Virus record (IMG/VR): IMGVR_UViG_3300010271_000004
Span: 1 to 40,509 of that record
Source of the DNA: a virus
DNA: 40,509 nucleotides
Direction: 5' to 3' (one strand)
Positions 32,001 through 40,509 of this stretch are shown one piece after another; position 1 is the first letter of the stretch, and every line of letters begins with the position of its first letter. The translations under genes were made by a program, and so were the position numbers. Under the pieces are notes generated by a model, which did no database searches, was not told the DNA's origin, and saw nothing but the letters and a program-made list of their open reading frames with translations.

Positions 32001-32400
32001 GATAATTAGTATCTGATACTACACCATCTCCACTGTCAAGTGCATCTCTAACTTTAAATGTAAAGTTTACACTTGTTAACCTCTCACCATCAGAGCCATA
32101 AAATTGTAATTCTGCTACAACAGTGCCAGGTACGGATATTTCGGTTGTTTTAACAAGATATGATACTTTACCGTTTGCTGCATCATCAATTGTGCATTCA
32201 GAATAAACAGGTTGCCCATCTTTTCTCTTAAATACAATAGATATTAAGCTGATATCAGATAAATCGTAAGGCTTTCTTTTTTCAACAATAGAAAAATCAA
32301 ATAGATATGCTTTAGTATCGTTGCTGACTAATACATAATCCTTGTGTTCTGTAGTATGGTCATACAAATCTATAGTAATCGGTAGTATTTTAGGTTGCAT
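29017..32400 (-). CDS. Large tail fibre/baseplate protein: BppU-like N-terminus, coiled coil, CBM-like region and C-terminal glycerophosphodiester phosphodiesterase (GDPD)
   Basis: The N-terminus MQPKILPITIDLYD...GTVVAELQFY fits BppU_N. The C-terminus YIGHRGASLIAPENTLPSYELA...WGVECDIYTSKDGVWVLHHDDTVDR carries the GDPD signature (HRG...EN...E.D...H.D). Confidence 0.8.
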   Translation of the reverse strand: MQPKILPITIDLYDHTTEHKDYVLVSNDTKAYLFDFSIVEKRKPYDLSDISLISIVFKRKDGQPVYSECTIDDAANGKVSYLVKTTEISVPGTVVAELQFYGSDGERLTSVNFTFKVRDALDSGDGVVSDTNYPILTDLIQKTATAISDTNQAASNANQKAQLAEEKATEAQTAADNANNARENIQTMWDNLSTAQQEEAEVINMRTSIARGKSFPQATDRLEEIEEEVFNHAYLTEEFTSSIHSFPSTVEKGQISVESIKGNTITNLIQNGSFENDSTGWLASQGSIAVINGQLEFTENTVTSEHYVQQTYFKPIVGHTYFAITSVKNGGRISIFNKEANGDYYAQHGNYVTGAGLSCVKCTISTVYSEPAMLIRLYGKVGSYTGTGVKYYFDNIFLIDITENSLENKTDDELIKMFPYYFDGTKSTLGALRLTSTVNLFNKKDFITYVKTYDNTAYVTTENGHEVIEYTIHRLHDKPFMKGMFKPNTQYRFNITWRVTGSTAHFVVKYTDGSISILGRVNSTTYQTNKSNSTAGKSIDYIFLSYGSAPYRVRIQLDTLMITEGNQDVEYSEYGVGGSMYTKATDENGNILPMRSLPNGTKDELYADANGKYCHKQNVSDDTAISDTVYDSIDTTTYTNVDVIKTTAFSDAKAGTTAADGMTRYYDKNGIELIEVAQADIDLETSVGKYYWHTDKTLWIIVDKGTYADISAARTGLGTTSLNYQLLNPVVRPATVVGHLDSYPNGTIIVETGIVHDFDFYDEVNGIQIADINNPIQKLETVIWTDKETGYEIDITDTCTVAADGLGFTSTYAVEGDLIWYAYKTTKDSTQPTVSIKAPLNSRTTLEDLVKAKSEIQNKVDNVDLRVQSNSNRIDNVTADLADSVNYVQSQNPIGKVKYIGHRGASLIAPENTLPSYELAGELGFWGVECDIYTSKDGVWVLHHDDTVDRMTNGTGKVSDKTLAELKSLTIDAGNNISLYPNLKIPTLEEYLYVCKKWGMVPVIGIKAANNTSDYDSLINLLKKLDFETKAIIISFNRTALTEVRNRSKKIVLQLVTSSMTIDDLNFVKSLGNAMMDTYYTSATKENIELCHSNGILINTWTVDNFNTAKTLETNGIDFITSNILCG

Positions 32401-32435
32401 TAAATCACCTCCACAAAATATAAAAAAGAGATAGA

Positions 32436-33137
32436 TTATTCTTCTATCCCTAATTCAAGTTTTTTCTTTTCATTGTTTCCCCAATCAATACACTGCTGGA
32501 CATAGTTGAGATATTTCAAATATTCAATATTTTTTTGGTCTTGTAAGCCTAACCGATGCATTTTAAACTCATCATCAACGCTGTATCGTTCTCGGATTTT
32601 TGCAACAACTTTTACATTTATTTTTTCACGCTCGGTTAGTTCAGGTTCTTTTGTCATTTCTGATATTACATTTTCAATTTTTTCTAATCTGCTCTTATTC
32701 TCTTCTGATTCTGATTTTGCATTATTTTGATATTCTTTTATTACATTAACCTCATTGGTTAACTTATTAACAATTTCATTAATTTCTTTTTTGTCAACTA
32801 GTGAATCCATTAATTTTAACCGTTGCTCAATATTTATAATGCTTTCGTTAATGCATTTCTTATGTTGTGCATTCTCTTCCAATTTCTTAGTTATTCCATT
32901 TATGCTATTTCTTATTTGCTGAATCTCATTATTAAATTCTGTTCTTATATCTTCTAAATTCATTTTTTCTTCGACCTGTTCAAGTTCTTCTACTTGTACT
33001 GCAACCGATTCAAATTTTATATCGTTATATTCTTCCTCTGTTACTTCAATTTGGTTTTCTGCAAGTGGCACATCTTCACTTATATATCCTTTCCCTACAA
33101 TCTTATTCTTCCTATTCTTCTCAATGTAATACTTCAT
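32436..33137 (-). CDS. Hypothetical coiled-coil protein of the fibre module
   Basis: The start is refined to ATG 33137 (MKYYIEKNRK), overlapping the upstream stop (TGATG), with RBS GGAGG. Confidence 0.5.
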   Translation of the reverse strand: MKYYIEKNRKNKIVGKGYISEDVPLAENQIEVTEEEYNDIKFESVAVQVEELEQVEEKMNLEDIRTEFNNEIQQIRNSINGITKKLEENAQHKKCINESIINIEQRLKLMDSLVDKKEINEIVNKLTNEVNVIKEYQNNAKSESEENKSRLEKIENVISEMTKEPELTEREKINVKVVAKIRERYSVDDEFKMHRLGLQDQKNIEYLKYLNYVQQCIDWGNNEKKKLELGIEE

Positions 33138-34282
33138 CACCACACCTCCCAATTAATCGTTAGAGATTCGGTATGTGATTCATCATCACTATTTTTTAGT
33201 ACGACCTTTATTTTGTCCCCTTCAATAACGAATTGCTCTATCCCTATCCAGTTTCTAGAGCCGTATGCACCTGTATCGTCATATCGACGTGATACAAATC
33301 CATTCCACGCACTAGGAAAAGTACCATTCCATCCATAATACGCCCCAACACATTTTGTTTTTGTGTAATCTGTGCCAAAAAAAGCTATCATACTTGCATA
33401 TGTAAGCATTCCATTCTTATACTTATTATTCGGTAGATTAATATATTTTGTCTTAGTTTCATAAGCATTGAATGGTTCATTATAAGTCACGCTACCGTAT
33501 ATCTTTTGAGCATGGGCGTACATTCCCTCCATATCTGATAATGTTTTACCTCCCACACTTTGTGCATCTCCGGTGATGCTTGCCGGCAGTTTGCTTTGTG
33601 CATTTAATTTTAATAACTTATTTGCTGCCGCTGTAGTAGACACATCAGTTGTATTTACCTTTGTATTAAGCCCATCGTCTACATATTTTTTATTTGCAGC
33701 ATCATTGTTTCCAGTTGGTGAAGCAACATTTACAATCTTCTTATTATTAACATTCAAATCTTTAATGCATTCTTGTCCTACATAATATGACAATGCCTGC
33801 CCGCATACATTTGTATTTTCTCTTTCATCAAAGATTAATGCCTGACTTATACTTGTTATACCAGCATTTACATATATCTGCGCCAAACTTATTTCATATG
33901 TTTGTGCTGTTCTTGTTAAAGCAGGTGGAGACGGATTACTTGCGGTTGTTCCTTGTTTTACCATTGCACTTATTGTTCTACTGTTTACTGCGTCCAACCT
34001 TAATACAACTCTATCTATTCTATTTAATACGCTGTCCGCAGCATTTATAGTTAATACTTTATTTGAATCATTCCTATACCAATACCCTTCGATCCATGCT
34101 TCTCCGGTTGTGACTAATACAGACATAGTTGCCGGATCATTTGCTGTTACAACCAAATTGTTACCTACGCCCGGGAAATATCCATTTCGAAATATTCTTT
34201 TAAACACTTCTGCAAACTCTATTTGATTATATTGTCTTGTATCACCCGCTGTACTGCCAAAAAACCTATATTGTTCTGCCAT
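33137..34282 (-). CDS. Tail fibre / receptor-binding structural protein
   Basis: It has the conserved N-terminus MAEQYRFFGS...GEAWIEGYWY...NRIDRVVLRLD seen in Firmicute phage fibre proteins. It also has the fibre motif NNKKIVNVASPTGNNDAANKKYVD. Confidence 0.65.
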   Translation of the reverse strand: MAEQYRFFGSTAGDTRQYNQIEFAEVFKRIFRNGYFPGVGNNLVVTANDPATMSVLVTTGEAWIEGYWYRNDSNKVLTINAADSVLNRIDRVVLRLDAVNSRTISAMVKQGTTASNPSPPALTRTAQTYEISLAQIYVNAGITSISQALIFDERENTNVCGQALSYYVGQECIKDLNVNNKKIVNVASPTGNNDAANKKYVDDGLNTKVNTTDVSTTAAANKLLKLNAQSKLPASITGDAQSVGGKTLSDMEGMYAHAQKIYGSVTYNEPFNAYETKTKYINLPNNKYKNGMLTYASMIAFFGTDYTKTKCVGAYYGWNGTFPSAWNGFVSRRYDDTGAYGSRNWIGIEQFVIEGDKIKVVLKNSDDESHTESLTINWEVW

Positions 34283-35394
34283 TATCTATACACCTCCGTT
34301 AGAGTGTTTTTTCTATCTCTTTTTAAAAGACTAATTAAATCAGGATATTCTTTACCAACAACCAATCTATAATTTTCTCCTGTTGTTGTAACTTCTTCGT
34401 TTACCTCAATTATTCTGCTATCCATTGTTGCAACACCGGGATAGGCAATTGTTACAATATCGCCTATATCATAATCCTGCAAATATCTAAAAGTTGAATA
34501 CGGCAATGTTTCAAATTCTAACACTGTAGTTTCTTTTAATTCTTCAAGTCTTTCATTTCCTCTCTGTTTCAATGCTTCTGCTTCTTCCAAATCTCTTGCA
34601 TCAATAAACAATTCTCTCCGATTTATTCCGCTTCCTGAACCTACTATTTCTATCATTCTTTCCTCAGCTTCACCCTGACCGGCTACTATTGCCACGTTCT
34701 TTGTATCAAGCTGCGATTCTCTATAGCCTAAAACTCTTATATTGTCAAATTCAGGAGAGAAGATTACAGGAGAATTGATACTTTGACCTGCAGTAAGGTC
34801 CTTTCCTTCTAACACATCAAAGATAAATATTTTATTGTCTAGGTCAATATTCACTTCATACCCCAAACCACTTACCAAAGATAATTCTTCTAATACTTGT
34901 GCAATAGCTTGAAATCTTGCACTATACTTAACTATATTACCTCTTATTTTATTCGTTGCTATAACCAAATTTGGTATATTTCTATCAGGATTTACTGCAT
35001 TTACACAGTTTATATTCACATAGTGCTTCATAACAGTTTCAGCCACATCATTTTGCACATCATATCCGCTACCAGTACTAACATTATGCAGTGCTATTCT
35101 ATCTTCAAATACTCTGTCTAAACAGTTTCCTACTATGACCCAAGTTTCTGAAATCTTACCGTTCTCATCTAAACCAAGTTCCCGATGCTGAATTATTCCA
35201 CCACGAAATTTTCCGTCTCTTTCATAAGCTATAATATTTCCTACTATGAGGTGTTCAGTATGATTTTTATGACGATTAATATGCAGTGTAAAACTGTCAT
35301 ACTTTCGATACCTTCGTGTCCAAGAGAAATACTCATAATCATCAATTTCTGCAAGAAATTTAAAATCACTATCAAAAATTTTAAGAGGCCTCAT
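34282..35394 (-). CDS. Siphovirus Gp37-like tail protein (Tal position)
   Basis: The N-terminus is MRPLKIFDSDFKFLAEIDDYEYFSWTRRYRKYDSFTLHI. The gene lies after Dit. Confidence 0.65.
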   Translation of the reverse strand: MRPLKIFDSDFKFLAEIDDYEYFSWTRRYRKYDSFTLHINRHKNHTEHLIVGNIIAYERDGKFRGGIIQHRELGLDENGKISETWVIVGNCLDRVFEDRIALHNVSTGSGYDVQNDVAETVMKHYVNINCVNAVNPDRNIPNLVIATNKIRGNIVKYSARFQAIAQVLEELSLVSGLGYEVNIDLDNKIFIFDVLEGKDLTAGQSINSPVIFSPEFDNIRVLGYRESQLDTKNVAIVAGQGEAEERMIEIVGSGSGINRRELFIDARDLEEAEALKQRGNERLEELKETTVLEFETLPYSTFRYLQDYDIGDIVTIAYPGVATMDSRIIEVNEEVTTTGENYRLVVGKEYPDLISLLKRDRKNTLTEVYR

Positions 35395-35396
35395 AC

Positions 35397-36260
35397 TTAC
35401 ACCCCCAAATATCTATTACGGAAACGTACAACAGCATTACTTTCTGCGGTTGTACCTGTTGCGGTATAAGATAGCACGTTATCACCTGGAATTAAGTTGA
35501 AAAATTTTGAGGTTGCAGAAACATAATGAAAAGCATTTGTTCTTGCACCGTTTGCATCTACTTTTACAACTGATTTTTGTCCAAATGCTGTATTGATTTC
35601 AAGTTTCTCATTTTCAAGTAGCTCTTGCGTAACAGTTAAACTTTCTCCAGTTGTTTCATTGTTTAAGATTGGGTTGACCATTGGACCGAATAATTCAAAA
35701 AATATAGGTGTTTTAACATCACCTTCGTTTTTTATAGTTAACTTTGTACCTACTGTGCCAAAAGACACAGAAAAAGAAAAAGGGAATTCAAAGCCACCTT
35801 CAAATGACTTCAATCCCCATATTTCTTCGTCTAATTCATACCAATACGGATCAGGACAATATAACTGTATTAAACTTGGTTGCATAGTGTCTTTAAAATC
35901 CCCTGCATGAGGGAATGTAGGAGGAAATTCAGCTATAGCTTTTATTCTTCTGGTAACATTGCCAAATTGATATTTTAGTTCTCCAAGTCCAAGTTTAGGA
36001 TTAAATGCTTGTAGCAATCTATGCCTATATTCCACCATTTCATTTTCATTTTCTGCTAATATCCGCAGTTCAATAGATATCGTTCTTGGCTCTAGTGTAT
36101 TATCTATGTATGTTGTTCCATCTTGGAATGGGGATTTTTGCGTTTGAACATATACATCCGTTGCTCCGGTACCTTCTATTTTAATCAAAACAAACGGAGC
36201 ATCTTCACCTAAGTAGACTGACTCTCCTAAACTATTTATGAAAGTAACTGATTCCATCAA
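35397..36260 (-). CDS. Distal tail protein (Dit, Sipho_tail family)
   Basis: 287 aa, directly downstream of the tape measure gene and overlapping it. Confidence 0.7.
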   Translation of the reverse strand: MMESVTFINSLGESVYLGEDAPFVLIKIEGTGATDVYVQTQKSPFQDGTTYIDNTLEPRTISIELRILAENENEMVEYRHRLLQAFNPKLGLGELKYQFGNVTRRIKAIAEFPPTFPHAGDFKDTMQPSLIQLYCPDPYWYELDEEIWGLKSFEGGFEFPFSFSVSFGTVGTKLTIKNEGDVKTPIFFELFGPMVNPILNNETTGESLTVTQELLENEKLEINTAFGQKSVVKVDANGARTNAFHYVSATSKFFNLIPGDNVLSYTATGTTAESNAVVRFRNRYLGV

Positions 36261-39200
36261 CTAAACCCCCATTCCATTGCTAACTGCCTACTTATTTGCA
36301 GGTATTTTCTTCTTTCTTCTGCCGGCGAATGCGGAATCGGACTATTTATAGTGATATTTTGAGTAATGCTATTACCTTGCTTAGATAAAATATCTTTAGT
36401 TTCCTGAGCAGTATATACTCTTGAGCCTCGAGGTAGATCAATCAACTCAGGACCTTCTTCACCGACTAGAGCCCAACCTTTTTCTGAGAACATAGTGCCT
36501 TTTGCATAAGCATTAAAACCATAATTTTTCTTCTGATTTTTAATCCAATCATCAACTACATCATCACTATAACCAAAATCTCTTAGTATATCAGCACCTT
36601 CATAAATCTCCTTTAATACAGCTGCCCTTTGTGGTGCAGTTCCACCTGCACGAGGATCTCGCCCTTGTCTCAAAACTCCTTTTTCATCCATATAATACAT
36701 AGATTGCTCTTGTAGCGCTTTAGTAGTTTCTTTAACCTTTTGTCCCAATTGTTCTTGCTGTAATTGCAATTCCAAAAGTGCATCTTTATATTTCAATGCT
36801 TCTTCACTTGCTGCGCCGTATACTATTACCGCTTCCTCGTATAATGCCTTAGCATTCTCAATAACAGGATTTAAGCTCTCCTGCTGTTCTTTTAGCAACC
36901 TTATTTTTTCTGTAAGTCCTTCTGTACTATCTTCAAGAGTATTGGTTGACAATAACCACAACTGATATTCTTTTTGTGCAATAGAAGTAGTAACACTTAA
37001 ATGTTCTTGAGCTTTTTTGAAACCTTCTAATAAGTTATTAAAATTTACTGTTGCAATGGCTTCTTTAGTGTCATTTATTCTATTTGTCAGTTCTTGCTGT
37101 TCTATTTGAAGTGATATTAAATTATTTTGATATTTTAAAGCCTCAGGAGAATTAGCACCATACTCATAGGTAATATCATTTAAAGCCTGCTGTGTTACTG
37201 CTATTTGGTTAGATAACTCTGCAAATTCTGCTTGTTGAGCTGATAATTGTTTGTTTAGATATTCCGCAGAACCTGCCAATTCTTCATTTTGAGATGCCCA
37301 TAATTTAAAATCATTCTTGATTTTTTCAACTGCATTAATTGAAAAATCCATAGCCTTGCTTAATGCATTTCCGATTATTTGAGCCATATCAATCATAGCG
37401 TTCTTAGGATCATCTGCATGTTTTCTAATACCTTCAGCAAGACCTTCATCAATATATCTTCCGTATTCCATCATGACTCTTGAAGGAGAATGCATATCAA
37501 ATTGGACTCCAAAACGTTCCTGCATGTCCTTTGCCAATTGTTCCATAGTTTTTTCTGCTTCTCTTTGTCTTTGCTTTATTCCTTCTTCAACACCTTCTAC
37601 TATACTTCTACCAGCAGGTGTATACTGGGAGCCTGAAAAATTAAGGTTAAAGCCTTTTTTAAACCATTCCCATAATACTTGCCATTTCTTTTTTACTTCT
37701 CCTGTCATCCAATCTACCCAGTAAACATATTCACCGGCTTGGGCTTTAGCTTCTTGGACAATATCAAAATGTATATCTTCCGCATACTTTACTGTTTCAT
37801 CACGCTGTCTCTCTGCTGCAGCTTTCACTTCATCCGCCATTCTTTCAGCTTCTTCTCCTCCTGCTGCTCTTAACTGAGCAGCCCATTTGAGACGTTTATT
37901 ATATTCTTCTTCAGCCTCTGCGATAGTTTTATTTTTTTGTTCTATGCTCGCTTTAACAATATCTGCTGCTTGCTGAGCAGCTAATTTACCACTACCTGAT
38001 TTAAGCCTTTCCATAATAGCTAATTGTTCAGATTCTGACTCTGATAATGTTCTAATAGCTGTCTCACGCATATTCTCTTGTATAGTGGTTATTTCCTGTA
38101 GCTCTTCTTGTTTTAATTCTCTATTCTCTTTACTTGCATTTTGCAATATTTCTAATATTCTTTTAGTACCTTCATCAGTTTTCTTAATCTGGTCATCATA
38201 AGATTTTACAGTCATTTCTACTAATTTTTGTTTCTGCTCAGCTGTCATAGTAAGAGAATTTGAAAATAGATCACCTAATTCTTTTAAAGCTTCTTCTTTT
38301 TGTGTGTTTAATTCACTAACAATTTGTGATCTCATTTGATTAAAATTACCGCCAATTTGTTGAACCATATCGGATGTAACAGTTTGGCCACCCCAATGCA
38401 ATTGTTTTAAGGAAGACATTGCTTCGTCTTCTAATTCTAAGAATGCACTGACAGCTTGTTTAGTTGATTTTGAAACTTCATCGCCAAACAATTGTACTTG
38501 AGGTATAGCGTCTTGAGATAAATGATAACCTAATGCAACTGCTCCTGCTGTAGCTGCAGTTATGCCAAGTGCCCATGGATTTAATAAAGTTGCACCCAAT
38601 TTAGCAGCAGCACCTGCAGTTCCTATACCACTAGCCATAGTTCCTGTAGCAGCTGCCGCTACTGTAGAAGCTGATGATAAATTACCAAGTAGTCCAACTA
38701 TCCCACTTATGCCTTGCGTTAGCTTACTTGCTACTTTTATAGTAGGTCCAGCCGCTGCAGCTAATGCTGCCATTTTTACTATAGTCTCTTGAGTTGAAGG
38801 ATTCAGATTACTAAACCATTCAGCTGCATTCTTGACCATCTCTGCGAGTTTAACAAGATGAGGTACTACAAGGTCACCAATAACAATTCCCGCCTCTGTT
38901 AAATAGTTTTTAGCTATTTGAATTTGACTTGCAGTAGTCTTATATCGTTGTTCCGCTTCTTTGGTAAGTGCTGTATTTTCTTCCCAGGCTCTAGTGCCAA
39001 TTTCTAGAGATTCGGAAAATACATTACTTGCACCTGCTGCTCTTAGTAATGCGTCTCTAAGCCGTACTTCCTTTATTTCCATATCGTCAAGGATTTTAAT
39101 TGATGACAACCCTCGTTTCTCGGCGTCTCCCAACCCCTTGATAAAAGCAATAATAGCACTCGCAGCATCTTCTTTGAATGCCTTTGCAAAATCCTTAGAG

Positions 39201-39976
39201 CTCATTCCTGCAACTTTGGCAAATTCTCTAAGCCTTCCACTGTTTGTTTCAACAGCCAGCTGCATATCTATCATAACTTTTGAAAATGCAGAACCACCCG
39301 CTTCCGCTTCAATACCAACAGAGCTTAGAGCACCGGCAAATGATAAAATCTGTGCTTCTGTAAGGCCTATTTGGCTACCCGCTCCAGCAAGTCTTAATCC
39401 CATGGCTACGATTTCAGCCTCTGTAGTAGCAAGGTTATTCCCCAAATCAACAATAGTAGAACCCAATCTATCAAAATCTTGTTGCGACATTTGAGTTATA
39501 TTTGCAAATCTTGCTAATGCAGTAGCCGCTTCATCAGCTGATAAATTTGTGGCTTCTCCTAAATCAATCATTACCCTAGTAAAATCTAATATATTTTCTG
39601 TTTCTATTCCTAATTGCCCTGCTGCTTCCGCTACCTCTGCAATAGCTGTCGCACTTGCGGGAATTTCTTTAGACATATCCATTATGCCTTTTTCAAGTCT
39701 TGCAAAATCTTTTTCACTTGCGTCTACTGTTTTTCGCACACCTGCAAAAGCACTTTCGAAATCTATTGCCGCCTTAACCGACAAACCCCCCATAGCAGTT
39801 ACCGGGACAGTAACATATTTGGTTAACTTTTCTCCTGCTTTTTCTACATTTTTACCTGCCTTGCTTAGGTTCTCGGTAAAAGTTTTCATTTGCCTTTCTG
39901 CTTCTTTTAAGCCCTGTTCATACTTCCCAGTATCCAGTATTAATTGACTATATACACTACCTGCATCTATTGCCAA
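36257..39976 (-). CDS. Tail tape measure protein
   Basis: 1239 aa with Ala/Gly-rich hydrophobic stretches and long coiled coils. It uses a TTG start at 39976 after AGGTAGGTGAT. Confidence 0.9.
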   Translation of the reverse strand: MAIDAGSVYSQLILDTGKYEQGLKEAERQMKTFTENLSKAGKNVEKAGEKLTKYVTVPVTAMGGLSVKAAIDFESAFAGVRKTVDASEKDFARLEKGIMDMSKEIPASATAIAEVAEAAGQLGIETENILDFTRVMIDLGEATNLSADEAATALARFANITQMSQQDFDRLGSTIVDLGNNLATTEAEIVAMGLRLAGAGSQIGLTEAQILSFAGALSSVGIEAEAGGSAFSKVMIDMQLAVETNSGRLREFAKVAGMSSKDFAKAFKEDAASAIIAFIKGLGDAEKRGLSSIKILDDMEIKEVRLRDALLRAAGASNVFSESLEIGTRAWEENTALTKEAEQRYKTTASQIQIAKNYLTEAGIVIGDLVVPHLVKLAEMVKNAAEWFSNLNPSTQETIVKMAALAAAAGPTIKVASKLTQGISGIVGLLGNLSSASTVAAAATGTMASGIGTAGAAAKLGATLLNPWALGITAATAGAVALGYHLSQDAIPQVQLFGDEVSKSTKQAVSAFLELEDEAMSSLKQLHWGGQTVTSDMVQQIGGNFNQMRSQIVSELNTQKEEALKELGDLFSNSLTMTAEQKQKLVEMTVKSYDDQIKKTDEGTKRILEILQNASKENRELKQEELQEITTIQENMRETAIRTLSESESEQLAIMERLKSGSGKLAAQQAADIVKASIEQKNKTIAEAEEEYNKRLKWAAQLRAAGGEEAERMADEVKAAAERQRDETVKYAEDIHFDIVQEAKAQAGEYVYWVDWMTGEVKKKWQVLWEWFKKGFNLNFSGSQYTPAGRSIVEGVEEGIKQRQREAEKTMEQLAKDMQERFGVQFDMHSPSRVMMEYGRYIDEGLAEGIRKHADDPKNAMIDMAQIIGNALSKAMDFSINAVEKIKNDFKLWASQNEELAGSAEYLNKQLSAQQAEFAELSNQIAVTQQALNDITYEYGANSPEALKYQNNLISLQIEQQELTNRINDTKEAIATVNFNNLLEGFKKAQEHLSVTTSIAQKEYQLWLLSTNTLEDSTEGLTEKIRLLKEQQESLNPVIENAKALYEEAVIVYGAASEEALKYKDALLELQLQQEQLGQKVKETTKALQEQSMYYMDEKGVLRQGRDPRAGGTAPQRAAVLKEIYEGADILRDFGYSDDVVDDWIKNQKKNYGFNAYAKGTMFSEKGWALVGEEGPELIDLPRGSRVYTAQETKDILSKQGNSITQNITINSPIPHSPAEERRKYLQISRQLAMEWGFS

Positions 39977-40004
39977 TCTATATCACCTACCTTTTTAAGG
40001 TATT

Positions 40005-40029
40005 AAAAAAGACACCCTTTTGGATGTCT
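40005..40029 (-). terminator. Intrinsic terminator of the membrane-protein moron
   Basis: The minus strand reads AGACAUCC-aaaa-GGGUGUCU followed by UUUUU, 19 nt after the stop at 40048..40050. Confidence 0.75.
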
Positions 40030-40047
40030 TAATACATTTCCAGTTTG

Positions 40048-40509
40048 TTATTTCTGTTTTATAAACTCTTGTATAAGTACGTCATTCTTTAACTCTTCAG
40101 AAGGCTCACTCATTTGCTCTATAAATTTTGGCTTTATTCTAACTGCCTTCACATCAAAAAATACAGGTTCTTTAGATACTGCTGATACTTCACCATAAAC
40201 TGTCAGGTATTCACCATTGTAAGGTTTGTAATTTACTGTATTTTGCACCATGTTTATAGAATATTCTCCATCCACTACATTTAAAATTCTAATGTCATCG
40301 CCATCTTTATACTTATCAGTAAGCCAAACTATGCCTTCAATTCTTACAAATTCACCATTGTAGATATCAAAATTATTTACAATTTCACTATGCTTAATAT
40401 ATCTTGCATCCGTTTTATTAAATGTTGTAAAACCTGTAAAAGTTGAAGCACCTTCTATAATAAGCAAAACTAAAAATACACATAAAAATATTACTGGTGT
40501 TGTCTTAGG
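40048..40509 (-). CDS. Membrane-anchored OB-fold (YgiW/BOF-like) protein, C-terminal 153 codons (gene continues at 198..124)
   Basis: ...GEFVRIEGIVWLTDKYKDGDDIRILNVVDGEYSINM...GEYLTVYGEVSAVSKEPVFFDVKAVRIKP resembles the bacterial OB-fold (BOF) pattern. Two TM helices lie upstream across the circular junction. Confidence 0.7.
   Translation of the reverse strand, partial: PKTTPVIFLCVFLVLLIIEGASTFTGFTTFNKTDARYIKHSEIVNNFDIYNGEFVRIEGIVWLTDKYKDGDDIRILNVVDGEYSINMVQNTVNYKPYNGEYLTVYGEVSAVSKEPVFFDVKAVRIKPKFIEQMSEPSEELKNDVLIQEFIKQK
40387..40509. repeat. Terminal direct repeat identical to 1..123
   Basis: See the feature at 1..123. Confidence 0.95.

Noticed and set aside
38961-39494. 177-aa and other plus-strand ORFs (38562.., 39549.., 39614..) antisense to the tape measure gene
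   Set aside because: These are shadow ORFs of the Ala/Gly/Lys/Glu-rich tape measure gene. There are no translation signals, and the tape measure frame is continuous and unambiguous.

Overview
The window is one complete, circularly closed genome of a temperate siphovirus-type phage from a low-GC Firmicute. Bases 1..123 are identical to 40387..40509, so the unique length is about 40,386 bp. The sequence is in the excised (attP) form, not the integrated form. Almost all genes are on the minus strand. In transcription order they are: (1) a Cro-like early operon with many small ORFs; (2) a replication module of DUF2800 nuclease, DUF2815 SSB-like protein, family-A DNA polymerase, VirE-type primase/helicase, an iteron/AT-rich origin, VRR-NUC and an SNF2 helicase; (3) a sigma-region-4/ArpU-RinA-like late regulator; (4) small zinc-ribbon genes; (5) terS, terL, portal and MuF/gp7; (6) scaffold, major capsid and head-tail connectors; (7) major tail protein and tail chaperones; (8) tape measure, Dit, Gp37-like Tal and fibre proteins, one carrying a GDPD domain; (9) holin and an amidase with an SLH-like anchor. 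The only multi-gene plus-strand block is the lysogeny module: CI-like repressor, ImmA-like peptidase, three accessory genes including a DEDDh exonuclease-BRCT fusion, and a tyrosine integrase. It is followed by attP, which holds the 3' part of a tRNA-Lys(CUU) flanked by TTTCACAA arm repeats. The most unusual items are: the lysogeny-side accessory operon; a MuF protein whose ADP-ribosyltransferase-like tail lies in the -1 frame, followed by a small putative immunity ORF; a decayed acetyltransferase interrupted by a 208-nt highly structured insert; a self-contained membrane-protein moron between the tail chaperones and the tape measure gene; and a helically phased ACTGACA x4 array. All functional calls come from motif recognition by eye. 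No database search was run.
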